From: Bacteroidales bacterium
GTDB lineage: Bacteria; Bacteroidota; Bacteroidia; Bacteroidales; WCHB1-69
DNA: 62,802 nt
NCBI GenBank assembly: GCA_045600525.1
Contig: JAZRYC010000162.1
Location: 1-62,802, forward strand
Direction of reading: 5' to 3'
Each line of letters begins with the position of its first letter. The first letter of the stretch is position 1. Shown here one piece after another: positions 23,897-35,500 of the stretch. The translations under genes were made by a program, and so were the position numbers. The notes under the pieces were generated by a model that was given only the letters and a program-made list of their open reading frames with translations, did no database searches and was not told the DNA's origin.

Positions 23897-26800
23897 ATGA
23901 AAAGAAATTTATTGTTTACCTTGTTGCTGCTTGTGATGGCGGTTTTTGCCAAAGCACAGGCACCGATCTTCCAAGAGGATTTCGAGGGTGGCACACTTCC
24001 TGCGGGATGGACCACCATTGATGCCGACGGAGACGATTATGATTGGATGAATTCTGCCTTTCTTCTGGGTCCGGGAGCCGGACATGCGGGCAGTGATTAC
24101 TGTATGCTATCGCAGTCTTACGACAATGATACATATAGTGCCCTTTTCCCAGACAACTGGCTGATTACCCCGCCCATTACTTTGGATAATAGTTCCATGC
24201 TCCATTTCTGGGTGTGTGGGCAAGACCAAGACTATCCCGAAGAACACTATGGGGTCTATGTATCCTATAACTCCGCTACAGACACCAACGATTTCAACCT
24301 TGTTTATGAGGAAACCATCGGCCGTCGTATGACTCGAGGCCAATCCACCTGGGTGGAGCATATTGTCGATCTTTCCGAGTTTACGGGCGCTACCGTGTAT
24401 ATTGCCTTTAGACATTTTAACTGCACTGATGCGTTTTATTTGGACTTAGACGACGTTTCCGTGATTCCGAATCCAACCTCGCCCGCCATTATGGCATATC
24501 CTTCAACGTTGGATTTCAACACGGTCTTTTTATTCGATACGTCTGTTGTGAAAACCGTTCAAGTAACGGGATTCTTTCTTTCATCAGACATTACCGTTCA
24601 AACATCCATTCCCTTTGAGGTCTCTGAAGACAACGTCAATTATAGCGATATGATTGTTCTTCCCGATACAGGTGGTGTGTTTTATGTGAGATATGTTCCC
24701 TACGCAGAAGGTACGGACAATCAAACCATTCAACTTTCCTCTGGTTCAACAAGTGCTTCCTGCAGTCTCACCGGCCAGTGTCTGGATTGCGGTTTTCCCA
24801 TACATGAAAGCTTTGAAAGCGAGTTGTCTGCCTGCTGGAAGTTGGCAAATGAAAGCATGGCCAATATCAATGTGATTGATTATTCGACCGATTATGCCAG
24901 CGATGGTGCGCAAAGCCTTGTCTTTTCCTCCTATTTTACGGCAGCGGACTACAATTATAACCAGTATTTGATTTCTCCGATGCTGCCTACCGATGTGGCA
25001 AAGATGATGTCTTTTGACTATCGGTCAGGCGATGTGGATCCCGAAACCTTCCAAGTGGGATTTTCCACCACGACCGCGGATTTTACCGCCTTTACTTGGA
25101 GTGATGAAATCATCATTGATCCGGCCGATGGTTGGAAAAGCTATCTTAATACAACTATTCCTGCCAATGTGAAGTACGTAGCCATCAGATACACCTCCTA
25201 CTATTCCTATTATTTATATATTGATAATTTGAAGATTGAGGAAGTGTCCAGCTGTATGTATCCTTCCAATCTCGTGGTGGACAACATTAAAGGAACTTCC
25301 GCCAGAGTGGCCTGGACGCCGGCCGATGGTTTGGACGGTACGGAATCCTTCATGGTGGAATATGGTGAAAGCAGTGATCTGAACTTTAATTCCATGAGCA
25401 CATCCGATAACTATGTGCTTTTATCCGGATTGAGTCCGAATACAGAATATGAAGTGATGCTGTATATGCTTTGTTCCGGCGGAACCAGCGATACGGTTTC
25501 CACTACCTTTACCACCGGCTGTCTCAGCGGCGGTCCTCAAACCATTGGCAGTGGCAGTGCTACAAGCTACATTTACCCTATCAATAACTACTATAGTTAC
25601 TCCTATTCTCAACAGATCTATCTGTCTGACGAAATTGGTACCTCTGGTGAAATCAATACGATTTCTTTTGACTATGCCTATTCCAATCCCTATAGCAGCG
25701 ACGATGTGGTGGTTTATTTAGGACATACTTCCCAATCTGAGATTGTTAATACGTCATCATCTGTACCCTTCAGTGATTTGACGAGGGTGTATTCCGGCAG
25801 TTTCAACTTTGCACAGGGTTGGAATGAAATCACGTTGGATAGTTCCTTCTACTACAACGGCCAGGACAATTTGGTGTTGGCTATTGATGTCAATAGTGAA
25901 AATTACCATGGTATGAGTTATGTCTTCCGCGTACACAGTACGGGAGATGTGAATAGGGCTATATGCTATGTTTCCGACTATAACGATGTGGATCCGGAGG
26001 ATTTAACGACCAGTGCTTATGCAGATTATTCCTCTATGGTGCGTAATAATGTGATTTTCGGTATGGCCTGCGATTCCACGGTGAGCTGTCTGCCTCCTAA
26101 TATGATCGTGGCGGATGCGCTTCCAGAAGAAGTAACCATAGACTGGGTGCCCGGCAATAGTGAGTCATCCTGGACTTTGGAATATCAGATCCAAGGTGAT
26201 TCCTCTTGGACCATGGAAGGGGTGGTGACCTCTTCGCCCTATACGATTTCCGGTTTGGAAAGCAGTACAGCCTATCGTATTCGCATGTACTCCAACTGTG
26301 AATCAGGTGAAGCCAGCTCAATGGCTATGGCCGTCGTAACTACGCCTTGTGAGGGTATTTCCATAGATGATCTTCCCTTTGTGGAGAATTTCAACGATGC
26401 CGTGGGACGTTATCTCCCTTGCTGGAGTAGAGGCACCAATTATCCTTATTTGGATTATCCGTATATTGTAGAAGATGCCGCTTCCGCTTCTCAAAAGTAT
26501 CTTTCTTTCTATGGATATCCCACTTATTATTCATACGCCGCCCTTCCTGCCATGGATGAGGAAATCTCTATGGATAACCTAATCATTAAGTTCGACATGT
26601 ATATGTCTGACGAAGACTACTTTGTTGAAGTGGGTGTGATGACGGATCCCGAAGACTATAGTACGTTTACGTCTATAGCTCAGCTTTCCGCCTCTTCCTT
26701 AAATGTTTGGGAACCCGTGGAATTAGTCACTTCCGCCTACACGGGAACGGGTAGAAATATTGCCTTCCGTACCCCCATGGGCTATTACAATACCATATAT

Positions 26801-29398
26801 TTGGACAATATCAGTGTGGATGTCGTTCCTTCCTGCTTCCATGTGAACGATATTACCGTTTCCAATGTTACCACTTCCACGGCCGACATCCATTGGATGC
26901 CCGGTGCAGGCGAAACCTCATGGCAGTATGTGTACGCACCCTATGGCACGATTGATGTTGATAACGACATGATTTATGACGTGTTTGAGGATTCTGTAAA
27001 CCTTATCGACCTTGCCGGAAACACCTATTATGAAATCCTTATCAGGGCCAATTGCGGCAATGGTGAATATAGTGAATGGGCATCTGCCACCTTCCGTACG
27101 GGCTGCGTGGCCATCACCAATTTACCCTATGAGGAGAATTTTGATACCTATGTGGGTATGACTTCCACTTCTCCTTCCCAAAACGTCTTACCTAATTGTT
27201 GGGAACAGTATTTTACCGGACCAACTACTTCCACATACGCCCATTATCCATATATCTATCAATCTCAAAGCAATGCGGCATCGGGTCGTAATGCCATGCG
27301 CTTCTATATCTACAATACCACCTATACAACCAGTGCGGGTGACCAGATGGCCATCCTTCCGGAAATAGACGCCTCGCTGCCTATCAGCATTCTGCGCCTT
27401 GGTTTTAGTGCGAGAAGGGCCTTTGAAAACGATGATTTTGTCTTAGTAGTGGGTGTTATGGAAGACACAACCTTTGTTCCTATGGATACGATAAATGTTT
27501 TGACAAACACGTACGAAGATTTTGAAGTGAACTTCGGCTCTTATGTGGGAACGACGGGCAACCGTATAGCTATTTTGGCAGCCAGGAGTTTTGCCAATAA
27601 CTACAATGCCGGATATGTGGATAACATTGTTATTTCCTCTATTCCCAATTGTGACCGTCCTTCTGAAATCCATGTGGTTAATATTTCCGACAATACGATT
27701 GAAGTGGCATGGACGCCTAATATTGTAGATGACCATTCCTGGATTTTGGAATACAAGGAATCTACTGACAATGAATGGATAAGCATGAATGTTGCCAATA
27801 CTCCTTCTGCCGTTATCAGCGGTCTTATTCCCTCTACGGCTTATGATATCAGAGTGAGAACGGATTGTGGTGTGGAAGGTATTAGTGACGAAAGAAATCT
27901 GAATGGTTCTATTTTCACCAATGCCTGTCCTTCTTCTGAACAATGTTCTTACACGTTTATCTTGGGAGACCAATATGGTGACGGATGGAGCGGCAATCAG
28001 TTGGTGGTAATTCAAAATGGCAATCCGATTGCCACTTTGACAGCCCAAAATCATGGTGGCAGTAGCTATAATGATGCTGCAACGGACACCATCACATTGG
28101 CTGTTTGTGACAATATGGACCTGCAGTTCCAATGGGTGGAAGGTTCCTATTCGTACGAGGCATTCTTCTCTGTATATGATATCAATGAAAATCTGATATT
28201 CTCTTGTACGGATGGCTCTACTCTTGATGAGGGTGTTATTTTCACCGGTACGGTGAACTGTGCCCTTCCTACTTGCCCGAGACCTAGAAACATTGCGGTA
28301 AGCAATATCACAACTACCTCTGTGGATGTGAATTGGACAGAAGTTGGATCCGCTACGGAGTGGCTTTTGGAATATAGAGAGGAAATGGATGCTTCTTGGC
28401 AGTCCGTTTCAGTAACTTCATTGTCATATACCCTTAACAACTTGACTTTGAATACCACTTATGAGATACGTGTTTCATCGGTTTGTGGCTCTGACGAAAC
28501 AAGTGAGCCCACTGACTCTGTCGTGGTAACTACGGCTCCTTGCGATGACGCCTGTGTTTATCGCATTGAGATGGAGGACAGCTACGGTGATGGTTGGAGT
28601 GGAAACGCCATTTCCATTTTGGTCAACGGCACCGTGGACACCACGGTTGCAGTGCCCGATGCGGAAAGTACGGCTTCCTTTACTTTCTACCAGTGTACGT
28701 CTGGCGAAGTGTCCTTTGTATGGAGTGAAGGCAGCTATTCTTATGAGGCTTCATTTGCAATCTATGATGGCGATGGCAATGAATTGTTCTCCGCCATTGG
28801 AGAGTCTCTAACGGAAGATGAGGCATTCTATGTGGACACCTGTGGTAATGTGACACCTCCGACGCCTGTTGATACCTGCCACGCTCCTATGCAGCTTGCC
28901 GCATCCAATGTGACCCATTACTCTGTGGATTTGGATTGGGCACAGGCAGGCGATGTGAACAGTTGGACGGTTTACTATAAGGAGGCTGCGGCCGCTGCTT
29001 GGAATACTATCCCTGCTACTACGCATCCTATGACTATTTCTGATCTGACGGCAGAAACCACATATATGGCATACGTAACCGCCGTTTGTGAGGAAGGCGA
29101 AAGCGAACCTTCCAACACAGTGACTTTCACCACGGAACCTGACGGTGTGAACGACTACGTTTTGAAAAACAGCATCAGTCTGTATCCGAATCCCGCCAAG
29201 GAACAATTCACCATCAGCTGTGCCGATGTTGTGATGAACGAAGTGGTGGTTTACGACGTTTACGGTAAGACCCTCCGCACGATGTCCGTCAATGACAACA
29301 CGGTGGTGGTGAACGTAAACGACCTCGCTGCAGGCATGTACTTCGTACGCATTATCACCAACGAAGGTATGGCTACGAAGACCTTTGTGAAGAAATAA
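23897..29398 (+). CDS. giant secreted multidomain T9SS cargo protein 2 (1833 aa; N-terminal cleaved-adhesin-like domain, FN3, jelly-roll and GDGW modules, T9SS CTD)
   Basis: Uninterrupted 5.5-kb ORF with signal peptide MKRNLLFTLLLLVMAVFAKA. The C-terminal 177 aa are nearly identical to protein 1. Confidence 0.85.
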   Translation: MKRNLLFTLLLLVMAVFAKAQAPIFQEDFEGGTLPAGWTTIDADGDDYDWMNSAFLLGPGAGHAGSDYCMLSQSYDNDTYSALFPDNWLITPPITLDNSSMLHFWVCGQDQDYPEEHYGVYVSYNSATDTNDFNLVYEETIGRRMTRGQSTWVEHIVDLSEFTGATVYIAFRHFNCTDAFYLDLDDVSVIPNPTSPAIMAYPSTLDFNTVFLFDTSVVKTVQVTGFFLSSDITVQTSIPFEVSEDNVNYSDMIVLPDTGGVFYVRYVPYAEGTDNQTIQLSSGSTSASCSLTGQCLDCGFPIHESFESELSACWKLANESMANINVIDYSTDYASDGAQSLVFSSYFTAADYNYNQYLISPMLPTDVAKMMSFDYRSGDVDPETFQVGFSTTTADFTAFTWSDEIIIDPADGWKSYLNTTIPANVKYVAIRYTSYYSYYLYIDNLKIEEVSSCMYPSNLVVDNIKGTSARVAWTPADGLDGTESFMVEYGESSDLNFNSMSTSDNYVLLSGLSPNTEYEVMLYMLCSGGTSDTVSTTFTTGCLSGGPQTIGSGSATSYIYPINNYYSYSYSQQIYLSDEIGTSGEINTISFDYAYSNPYSSDDVVVYLGHTSQSEIVNTSSSVPFSDLTRVYSGSFNFAQGWNEITLDSSFYYNGQDNLVLAIDVNSENYHGMSYVFRVHSTGDVNRAICYVSDYNDVDPEDLTTSAYADYSSMVRNNVIFGMACDSTVSCLPPNMIVADALPEEVTIDWVPGNSESSWTLEYQIQGDSSWTMEGVVTSSPYTISGLESSTAYRIRMYSNCESGEASSMAMAVVTTPCEGISIDDLPFVENFNDAVGRYLPCWSRGTNYPYLDYPYIVEDAASASQKYLSFYGYPTYYSYAALPAMDEEISMDNLIIKFDMYMSDEDYFVEVGVMTDPEDYSTFTSIAQLSASSLNVWEPVELVTSAYTGTGRNIAFRTPMGYYNTIYLDNISVDVVPSCFHVNDITVSNVTTSTADIHWMPGAGETSWQYVYAPYGTIDVDNDMIYDVFEDSVNLIDLAGNTYYEILIRANCGNGEYSEWASATFRTGCVAITNLPYEENFDTYVGMTSTSPSQNVLPNCWEQYFTGPTTSTYAHYPYIYQSQSNAASGRNAMRFYIYNTTYTTSAGDQMAILPEIDASLPISILRLGFSARRAFENDDFVLVVGVMEDTTFVPMDTINVLTNTYEDFEVNFGSYVGTTGNRIAILAARSFANNYNAGYVDNIVISSIPNCDRPSEIHVVNISDNTIEVAWTPNIVDDHSWILEYKESTDNEWISMNVANTPSAVISGLIPSTAYDIRVRTDCGVEGISDERNLNGSIFTNACPSSEQCSYTFILGDQYGDGWSGNQLVVIQNGNPIATLTAQNHGGSSYNDAATDTITLAVCDNMDLQFQWVEGSYSYEAFFSVYDINENLIFSCTDGSTLDEGVIFTGTVNCALPTCPRPRNIAVSNITTTSVDVNWTEVGSATEWLLEYREEMDASWQSVSVTSLSYTLNNLTLNTTYEIRVSSVCGSDETSEPTDSVVVTTAPCDDACVYRIEMEDSYGDGWSGNAISILVNGTVDTTVAVPDAESTASFTFYQCTSGEVSFVWSEGSYSYEASFAIYDGDGNELFSAIGESLTEDEAFYVDTCGNVTPPTPVDTCHAPMQLAASNVTHYSVDLDWAQAGDVNSWTVYYKEAAAAAWNTIPATTHPMTISDLTAETTYMAYVTAVCEEGESEPSNTVTFTTEPDGVNDYVLKNSISLYPNPAKEQFTISCADVVMNEVVVYDVYGKTLRTMSVNDNTVVVNVNDLAAGMYFVRIITNEGMATKTFVKK
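23960..24470 (+). other. cleaved-adhesin (gingipain/HagA haemagglutinin-type) domain
   Basis: FQEDFEGGTLPAGWTTIDADGDDYDWMN...DNWLITPPITL...HFWVCGQDQDYPEEHYGVYVS...FNLVYEETI parallels the known Kgp/HagA adhesin-domain pattern (F.E.FE....P.GW..IDADGDG.GW...DN.LI.P......YA..........EHYAV..S). Confidence 0.7.
25520..26089 (+). other. unclassified module 'A' (protein 2)
   Basis: Cys-bracketed 190 aa: CLSGGPQTIGSGSATSYIYPINNYYSYSYSQQIYLSDEI...VYLGHTS...GWNEITLDSSFYYNGQDNLVLAID...VSC. Confidence 0.5.
27926..28261 (+). other. unclassified Cys-bracketed 'GDGWSGN' module, copy 1
   Basis: CPSSEQCSYTFILGDQYGDGWSGNQLVVIQNG...QWVEGSYSYEAFFSVYD...GTVNC. Confidence 0.5.
28541..28843 (+). other. unclassified Cys-bracketed 'GDGWSGN' module, copy 2
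   Basis: CDDACVYRIEMEDSYGDGWSGNAISILVNG...VWSEGSYSYEASFAIYD...YVDTC. Confidence 0.5.
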
Positions 29399-29452
29399 TC
29401 TTCTCAAAAAATAATACGATGAAAGGACGGAAGTTTTTTCCGCCCTTTTTTT
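28868..29452 (+). repeat. conserved 3' cassette, copy 2
   Basis: See 23178..23762. Confidence 0.85.
29423..29452 (+). terminator. terminator of giant gene 2
   Basis: aaggacggaa gtttt ttccgccctt plus a T-run. It differs from the gene 1 terminator at one base. Confidence 0.7.
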
Positions 29453-29482
29453 GTTTGAAAAGATGAGACAAACAAATTTTTG

Positions 29483-29490
29483 TATATTCG
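29483..29490 (+). promoter_or_regulatory. near-consensus -7 box TATATTCG upstream of giant gene 3
   Basis: One mismatch to TAnnTTTG, about 83 nt upstream of the ATG at 29574. Confidence 0.3.
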
Positions 29491-29573
29491 CCACCGGTTT
29501 TGTTCAAAATTGAAGAACAAGAAGATAGCAGATAAGAAATACAATCTTTTAATATTAACCAAAATTCGTCATT

Positions 29574-32500
29574 ATGAAAAAATTTTTACTATTTACAATG
29601 ATGATCTTGCTGTCTTTACCTTGGCTGACGAAAGCGCAAAACTGCGTGTCACCGGTAAACCTGCAAGCAACCTTGCATTCGCCGTCATGGTATAATGTGA
29701 CTTTGAACTGGGCCATGGAATCCGATGAATCCACTGACGTTTTGCAGTGGTGTACGAATGATATGTACAGTGCGGTGGGAATGTCCGAAGGTCCTGTCGT
29801 CTTTTCAGCAGCCGTGCGTTTTCCCGTAACAAGCTTGTCTTCCTACATGGATCATTCGTTGGTGTCGGTGTCGTTCTATCCCTATACGGGAGGATCAAAT
29901 GCGGCGGCAGACTACACCATCAACATCTACCAAGGTGGTAGTTTTGTCAATGGAACGTTTAATCCCGGAAACGTGGTCTATACGCAGGCCATACAGAGTT
30001 CCACATTGACGTATGACGCGTATAATACCGTTATGTTGGAAACGCCGGTAGCCATAGATCCCACGCAGGAACTATGGATTACGATACTGGCCTCTTCCGC
30101 TTCTACGCAGGCATGCTATCCTTTCGGTTGTAGCAATAATGGTCCCAGCGCAGGTCTCGGCGCCCTTTTAGTTGAAGAAGACGAATGGGATGACCTTACC
30201 ACAATGTCTGGATTGGAAGAATATAACTGGATTATTGCGGGGAATGTTATTTCCACCGAAAATCTAACTTCAGGCAATATCCTTTCGGGATATAATGTGT
30301 ATCGTGACAACGAACAGTTAAACAGCACGCTGTTGACTGGTACGAGCTATGTGGACACCATTGAGGCAGGCGATTATAATTACGAAGTAACGGCCGTGTA
30401 TGTAAACGGTTGTGAGTCTGCTCCCGTTAGCGTCTCCGTTACGATGGAGGCAAACCCGTGTCTTTCCTGTTTGGACAGTGTTGTGTTTGGAAATAATTCA
30501 ACCAGCACGTCGGGATATATTCCAACGAATCCCTACTATGGATATTCTTATACGCAGCAAATTTATGATGCCGCCACGTTTGGTGAAATCAATGGAGGAA
30601 TCCAATGTGTGGGAATCAACTATATCTATCCGTCTGCTATTACCAGAAATCTGAAGATATATATGGGTAACACGTCGAAGAATAGTTTCGGTTCCAGTAC
30701 AGACTGGGTTCCCCTTTCCGATATGTTCCTGGTTTACGAGGGTCCCGTGACATTTGATCCGTCTTCGGCGGTTAACGGATATGTGAATATTCCGCTGAAC
30801 ACTCCTTTTGAATGGGATGGCTCCAGCAATGTGGTATTCATGGTTTTGGATGAAACCGGCACCTATATCAGCAGTGGTGAGTATTTCGGTACGCATTCAG
30901 CTTCCTCAAAGTCAATCTATGTGTATCGTGATGGTACTCCTTATGATAATGTTTTGGCTTCCGCAACGGGAAGCGTGTATAGTTATCGCAACAACATCCG
31001 CTTCTATGTGGGCGAAGAGATTGTTTGCCCGATGCCGAACAATTTCGCTGTTTCCCATGTGACAGATCAAAGTGCTGAGTTGTCATGGACTGACAGAGGT
31101 TTCGCCAACGATTTCGAATTGGTATTGGTTCCGGAAACCAGCACTTTCGATGATGAATCTCAATCTCCGATTATTGTTTCAGGTACCGACTACGAATTGA
31201 CGGACCTTATGCCCAACACCGAATACACAGTGTATTTGCGTTCCAATTGTTCTTCTGACAATTCCCATTGGGTGAGCCGCAATTTCCATACGGAATGCGG
31301 AATTGTTACGGAATTACCGTATGTTGAGGATTTCGACGCCTATGCGAACAACGTAATGCCGGACTGCTGGCACAGATTGTCAGATTACGATTATCCCTAT
31401 ACATCTTCCAGCTATCATGCCAGTGGTGTGAAATCACTCTACTTCTACGCATATTCTCCTACATACTCCATGGCCAATACGCCGATGATGGATCTGTCAA
31501 CCTACACGCCTGGTTCCTTGGTACTATCCTTCAAAGTGATGAAAACCAGTGATGACTATGGCAGAATTGAAGTTGGCTACATGACGGATGCCAATGATGT
31601 CAGTACCTTCAGCTTGTTGAAATCCATCTATTCCACGGATTATCCCTCTACCAACATTTGGATTGATCAGACGGTTGTCCTGCCCGATGCCGCCTACGCA
31701 GAACCAATCAATATCGCCTTCCGTGTCTCATCAGGCGAATCATATGTGACGAATATTGTCTATTTGGATGATGTGACCGTGGACCTTGTTCCAGAGTGCT
31801 CAAATCCGTCTGTGCTGACGGTTTCCCATATCGAAGGCTCTTCTGCCATAGTTTCTTGGACGGCGGCTCCCTATGGCGTTACCGACTATATTCTGGAGTA
31901 CAGCGAAGCCGGCCAGGAAAACTGGAACATCGTAAATGTTTCCAATGCCACGACCTATTTTCTTTCCGAACTTCTGGAAAACACCCCCTATGAGGTGCGC
32001 GTAAGTTCGGATTGCGCAGGCGAGGAAACCACACCCATTACAACGACCTTTATTACTAACTGCCTTTCTGGCGGAGATTATGAGGTTGGAAACGGAACCG
32101 GTTCAAAATACCAAATTCCTGTAAACAATTATTATAATTATTCTTACACCCAACAGATATTTGAGGCCAACGAGATGAATGGCCCTTCCGACATCCGCAG
32201 TGTCGCCTTCTTCTATAATTATTCTACTGCTTCTACGAGTAAGAATAATGTGAACATCTATTTGGGACATACTTCCAAGTCGGCTTTCTCCGCATCTTCT
32301 GATTATGAAACCGCTGACAGTCTGCATTTGGTTTATTCTGGTGCTTTGAATTGTCAAAACGGATGGAATACTTTTGCCTTTGACAGTGTATTCCATTATA
32401 ACGGAACAGACAACCTGATTTTGGCCGTGGATGACAACTCAGGTAATTATAATGGTAGTTCTTATACGTTTAGGACGCACACCACATCTTCAACGAAGAC

Positions 32501-35500
32501 TATCTATTACTATAGTGATAGCAGTAATCCGACTCCGTCCAATCCCTCAGTAGCTTCAGCATCTGTGGTATCTGACAGAAACGATGTTAAATTCGGTGGT
32601 GAGTGTGATCCAATGGTGGCGTGTGTGAAGCCAAATGCCCTGATTACGGAATATGACTATGAAAGTATTACATTGACATGGGTTCCTGCCGCCTCTGAAT
32701 CTTCTTGGGAAATTGAATATCAGTTGGATGGCGATGATACTTGGGAATCCGAAGGTGTCGTAACTTCCTATCCTTATACGATTTCCGGCTTGCAGTCCAA
32801 CTCCCCATACCATATCCGCATTCGTTCAATCTGCGATGCGAGCGACGCCAGTGATTGGAAGAACTTGGATTGTAGCACGGAATGTGCCGTATTGGAAACA
32901 TTGCCCATTGTGGAGGATTTTGAGAATGTGACGGGTGACTTTATGGATTGCTGGAAACGTTTGACCAATTATTCTTCAGCATCTCCCTATATTACCGAAG
33001 GCTATAATCATACCCCCAATGGCGAAAAGGCATTGCGTTTCTATTGCCCGGGCAGTAGCTATTACGCCTATGCCGTGACACCTAGATTTGATGAAAACAT
33101 TTTCATGAATAACCTTCTCATCCAATTCTATGCTTATAAGCAGAATGATGGTTATATGATGGAAGTGGGTGTGATGACCAATCCTGACGATCCTTCTACG
33201 TTCATCACTTTGGGAACGTTCTCCCCCGAAAATCAGAACCGCTGGGAATTGGAAGAAGTAACGACTGTAAACTATATGGGAAATGGTCATTATGTCGCGT
33301 TCAGAATCCCTGCCTGGTATAGCAATGACATGTATGTGGATGACATTCGTATTGATGTTATTCCGAATTGCCAGCATGTGGCTGACCTTCATGTCAATCC
33401 GGCAACGATATCCACAGAGACTGTGGACATTGAATGGACACCTGTGGGAACGGAAGACGCATGGGATTATGTGGTAAGCGATACCATGGTCAATCCTGAT
33501 GACGAATCTTTCAACACGGTATCATCCAGTTTCGTCACCATTGACGGTCTTGCGGCAAATACAGAATATTATGTTTATGTGAGAGCCAATTGCGGTGGTG
33601 AGGTCAGCGAATGGATGTACACCAATTTCAAAACATCCTGCTATGCCCTGACCAGTGCGGACCTCCCGTATATTGAAAATTTCGATTCCTATACGGGTTC
33701 TACCTCCACATTGCCTTTGGAAGGCAATCTGCCAGACTGTTGGAATAACTATTTTGGCGGTACGGCTTCGGGTTACGAGGTTTATCCGTTCATTTATGAT
33801 GCATCATCTGCTGCCGCTTCCGGAAACAATGCGCTGCGTTATTATCTATATTCAGGTTCCACCTATGGCGATGAAGTAGCCATTCTTCCGGAAATCGATA
33901 CGCTGGAACTCCCGATGTCATCATTAATGCTTTCTTTTGATGCCCGCCAGGTTAATGCCGGCACTAGTTATATGTCGGAATTGGTTGTCGGTGTCGTTAC
34001 GGGTTTGGATATGAGCTCCTTCCAACCTGTCCAGACGATTTCAATCCCTGCCGCAAGCTATACTACGTTTGATGTGTATTTCGCCAATTTCACGGGATCG
34101 GGTAATCGCATCGCTATAAAGATGACTCCGCCGACAGGCAATTATTATTACAACCAATGTTATGTGGATAATGTTTCCATACGCATCGCCTCCAGCTGTT
34201 TGCGTCCTACCGACATTCATCAGGTGTCCACTACTTCAAACTCTATTGAACTGGGTTGGACTTCTATGGGCGAAGAGGAGTCTTGGAATATTGAATATGG
34301 TCCTACGGGATTTGTTTTGGGTGAAGGTACCGCTGTAACGGCTACGACCAATCCTTATATGATTTCCAATTTGGAGGACTCTGTCTATGATTTCTATGTG
34401 AGCGCCGATTGTGGTAGCGAACAGAGTATGTGGACAGGACCGTTTAGCGCACGGCCCGGCACCTATTTTATGCCGGTTTCCGGTACCGCGACGATTTCCC
34501 TTTGCGGTGGACATCTCTATGATGACGGCGGTCCGAACAATCCATACAGTAATTCCAGTAATGCCGTTTTGACGATTATGCCGTCTGCTCCGGGTGCTGT
34601 GGTTAGTTTGTCAGGCTCCGTATATACGGAAAGCTCGTTTGACGAACTCTACATTTATGATGGTGCCTCTGTTACTGGTGCACAGCTGGCCTACCTGACG
34701 GGTAATGTCAATAATGTGTCAGTGACCTCCATCTCGGGTCCGCTCACGCTGAAGTTTACTTCGGATGGTTCTTTAAACTACGACGGCTTTGACTTTGCTG
34801 TTTCCTGCGTCACTTGTCTTGCTCCTGCCGATTTGCAGGTGTCCTCCGTTACCACCAGCCAGATCAACTTCTCATGGAGTGGTGCGAATGTGTCAGGTTG
34901 GGAAATTGAATACGGTCCAGCTGGTTTCACACAGGGATCAGGCACTTCGGTGACAACTTCTTCACCATCCTATTCTTTCACGGGCCTGACACCTTCCACA
35001 AATTATGATTTCTACTTCAGAACCAATTGTGGCGGCGGCGACTACAGCGAGTGGATGCTGATGACGGTGGCTACGGCATGCGATGCGATGCCTGTTCCCT
35101 ATACGGAAGATTTTGACTCTTATGCCGGCACTACGTATGATCAAGAAGGCCCTGTACCGACTTGTTGGAGCTCCTTTACTACAAGTTCCACGTATGAAGC
35201 ACCTCATGTGACCTCTTCCAGTACCGGATGCTATCCGCATAGTGGAACGAATGCTCTTACCTTTGTATCCAATAACGGTTCCAGTGCTTATGCAGTGCTT
35301 CCTATGTTTGACCAACCTCTGAATACCTTAAAGCTTCGTTTCTGGTATGAGTTTGAAAGCGCCTCTTCCGGCACACTCACCGTGGGCTATGTCACAAGTT
35401 CCGCCAATTTGAGTACCTTTGTACCGGTGGCTACGATCAATGGTGTTTCTTCTTTGACAAAGGATTCCGTTGACTTTTCCACGGCAGGAAACGTACCCGC

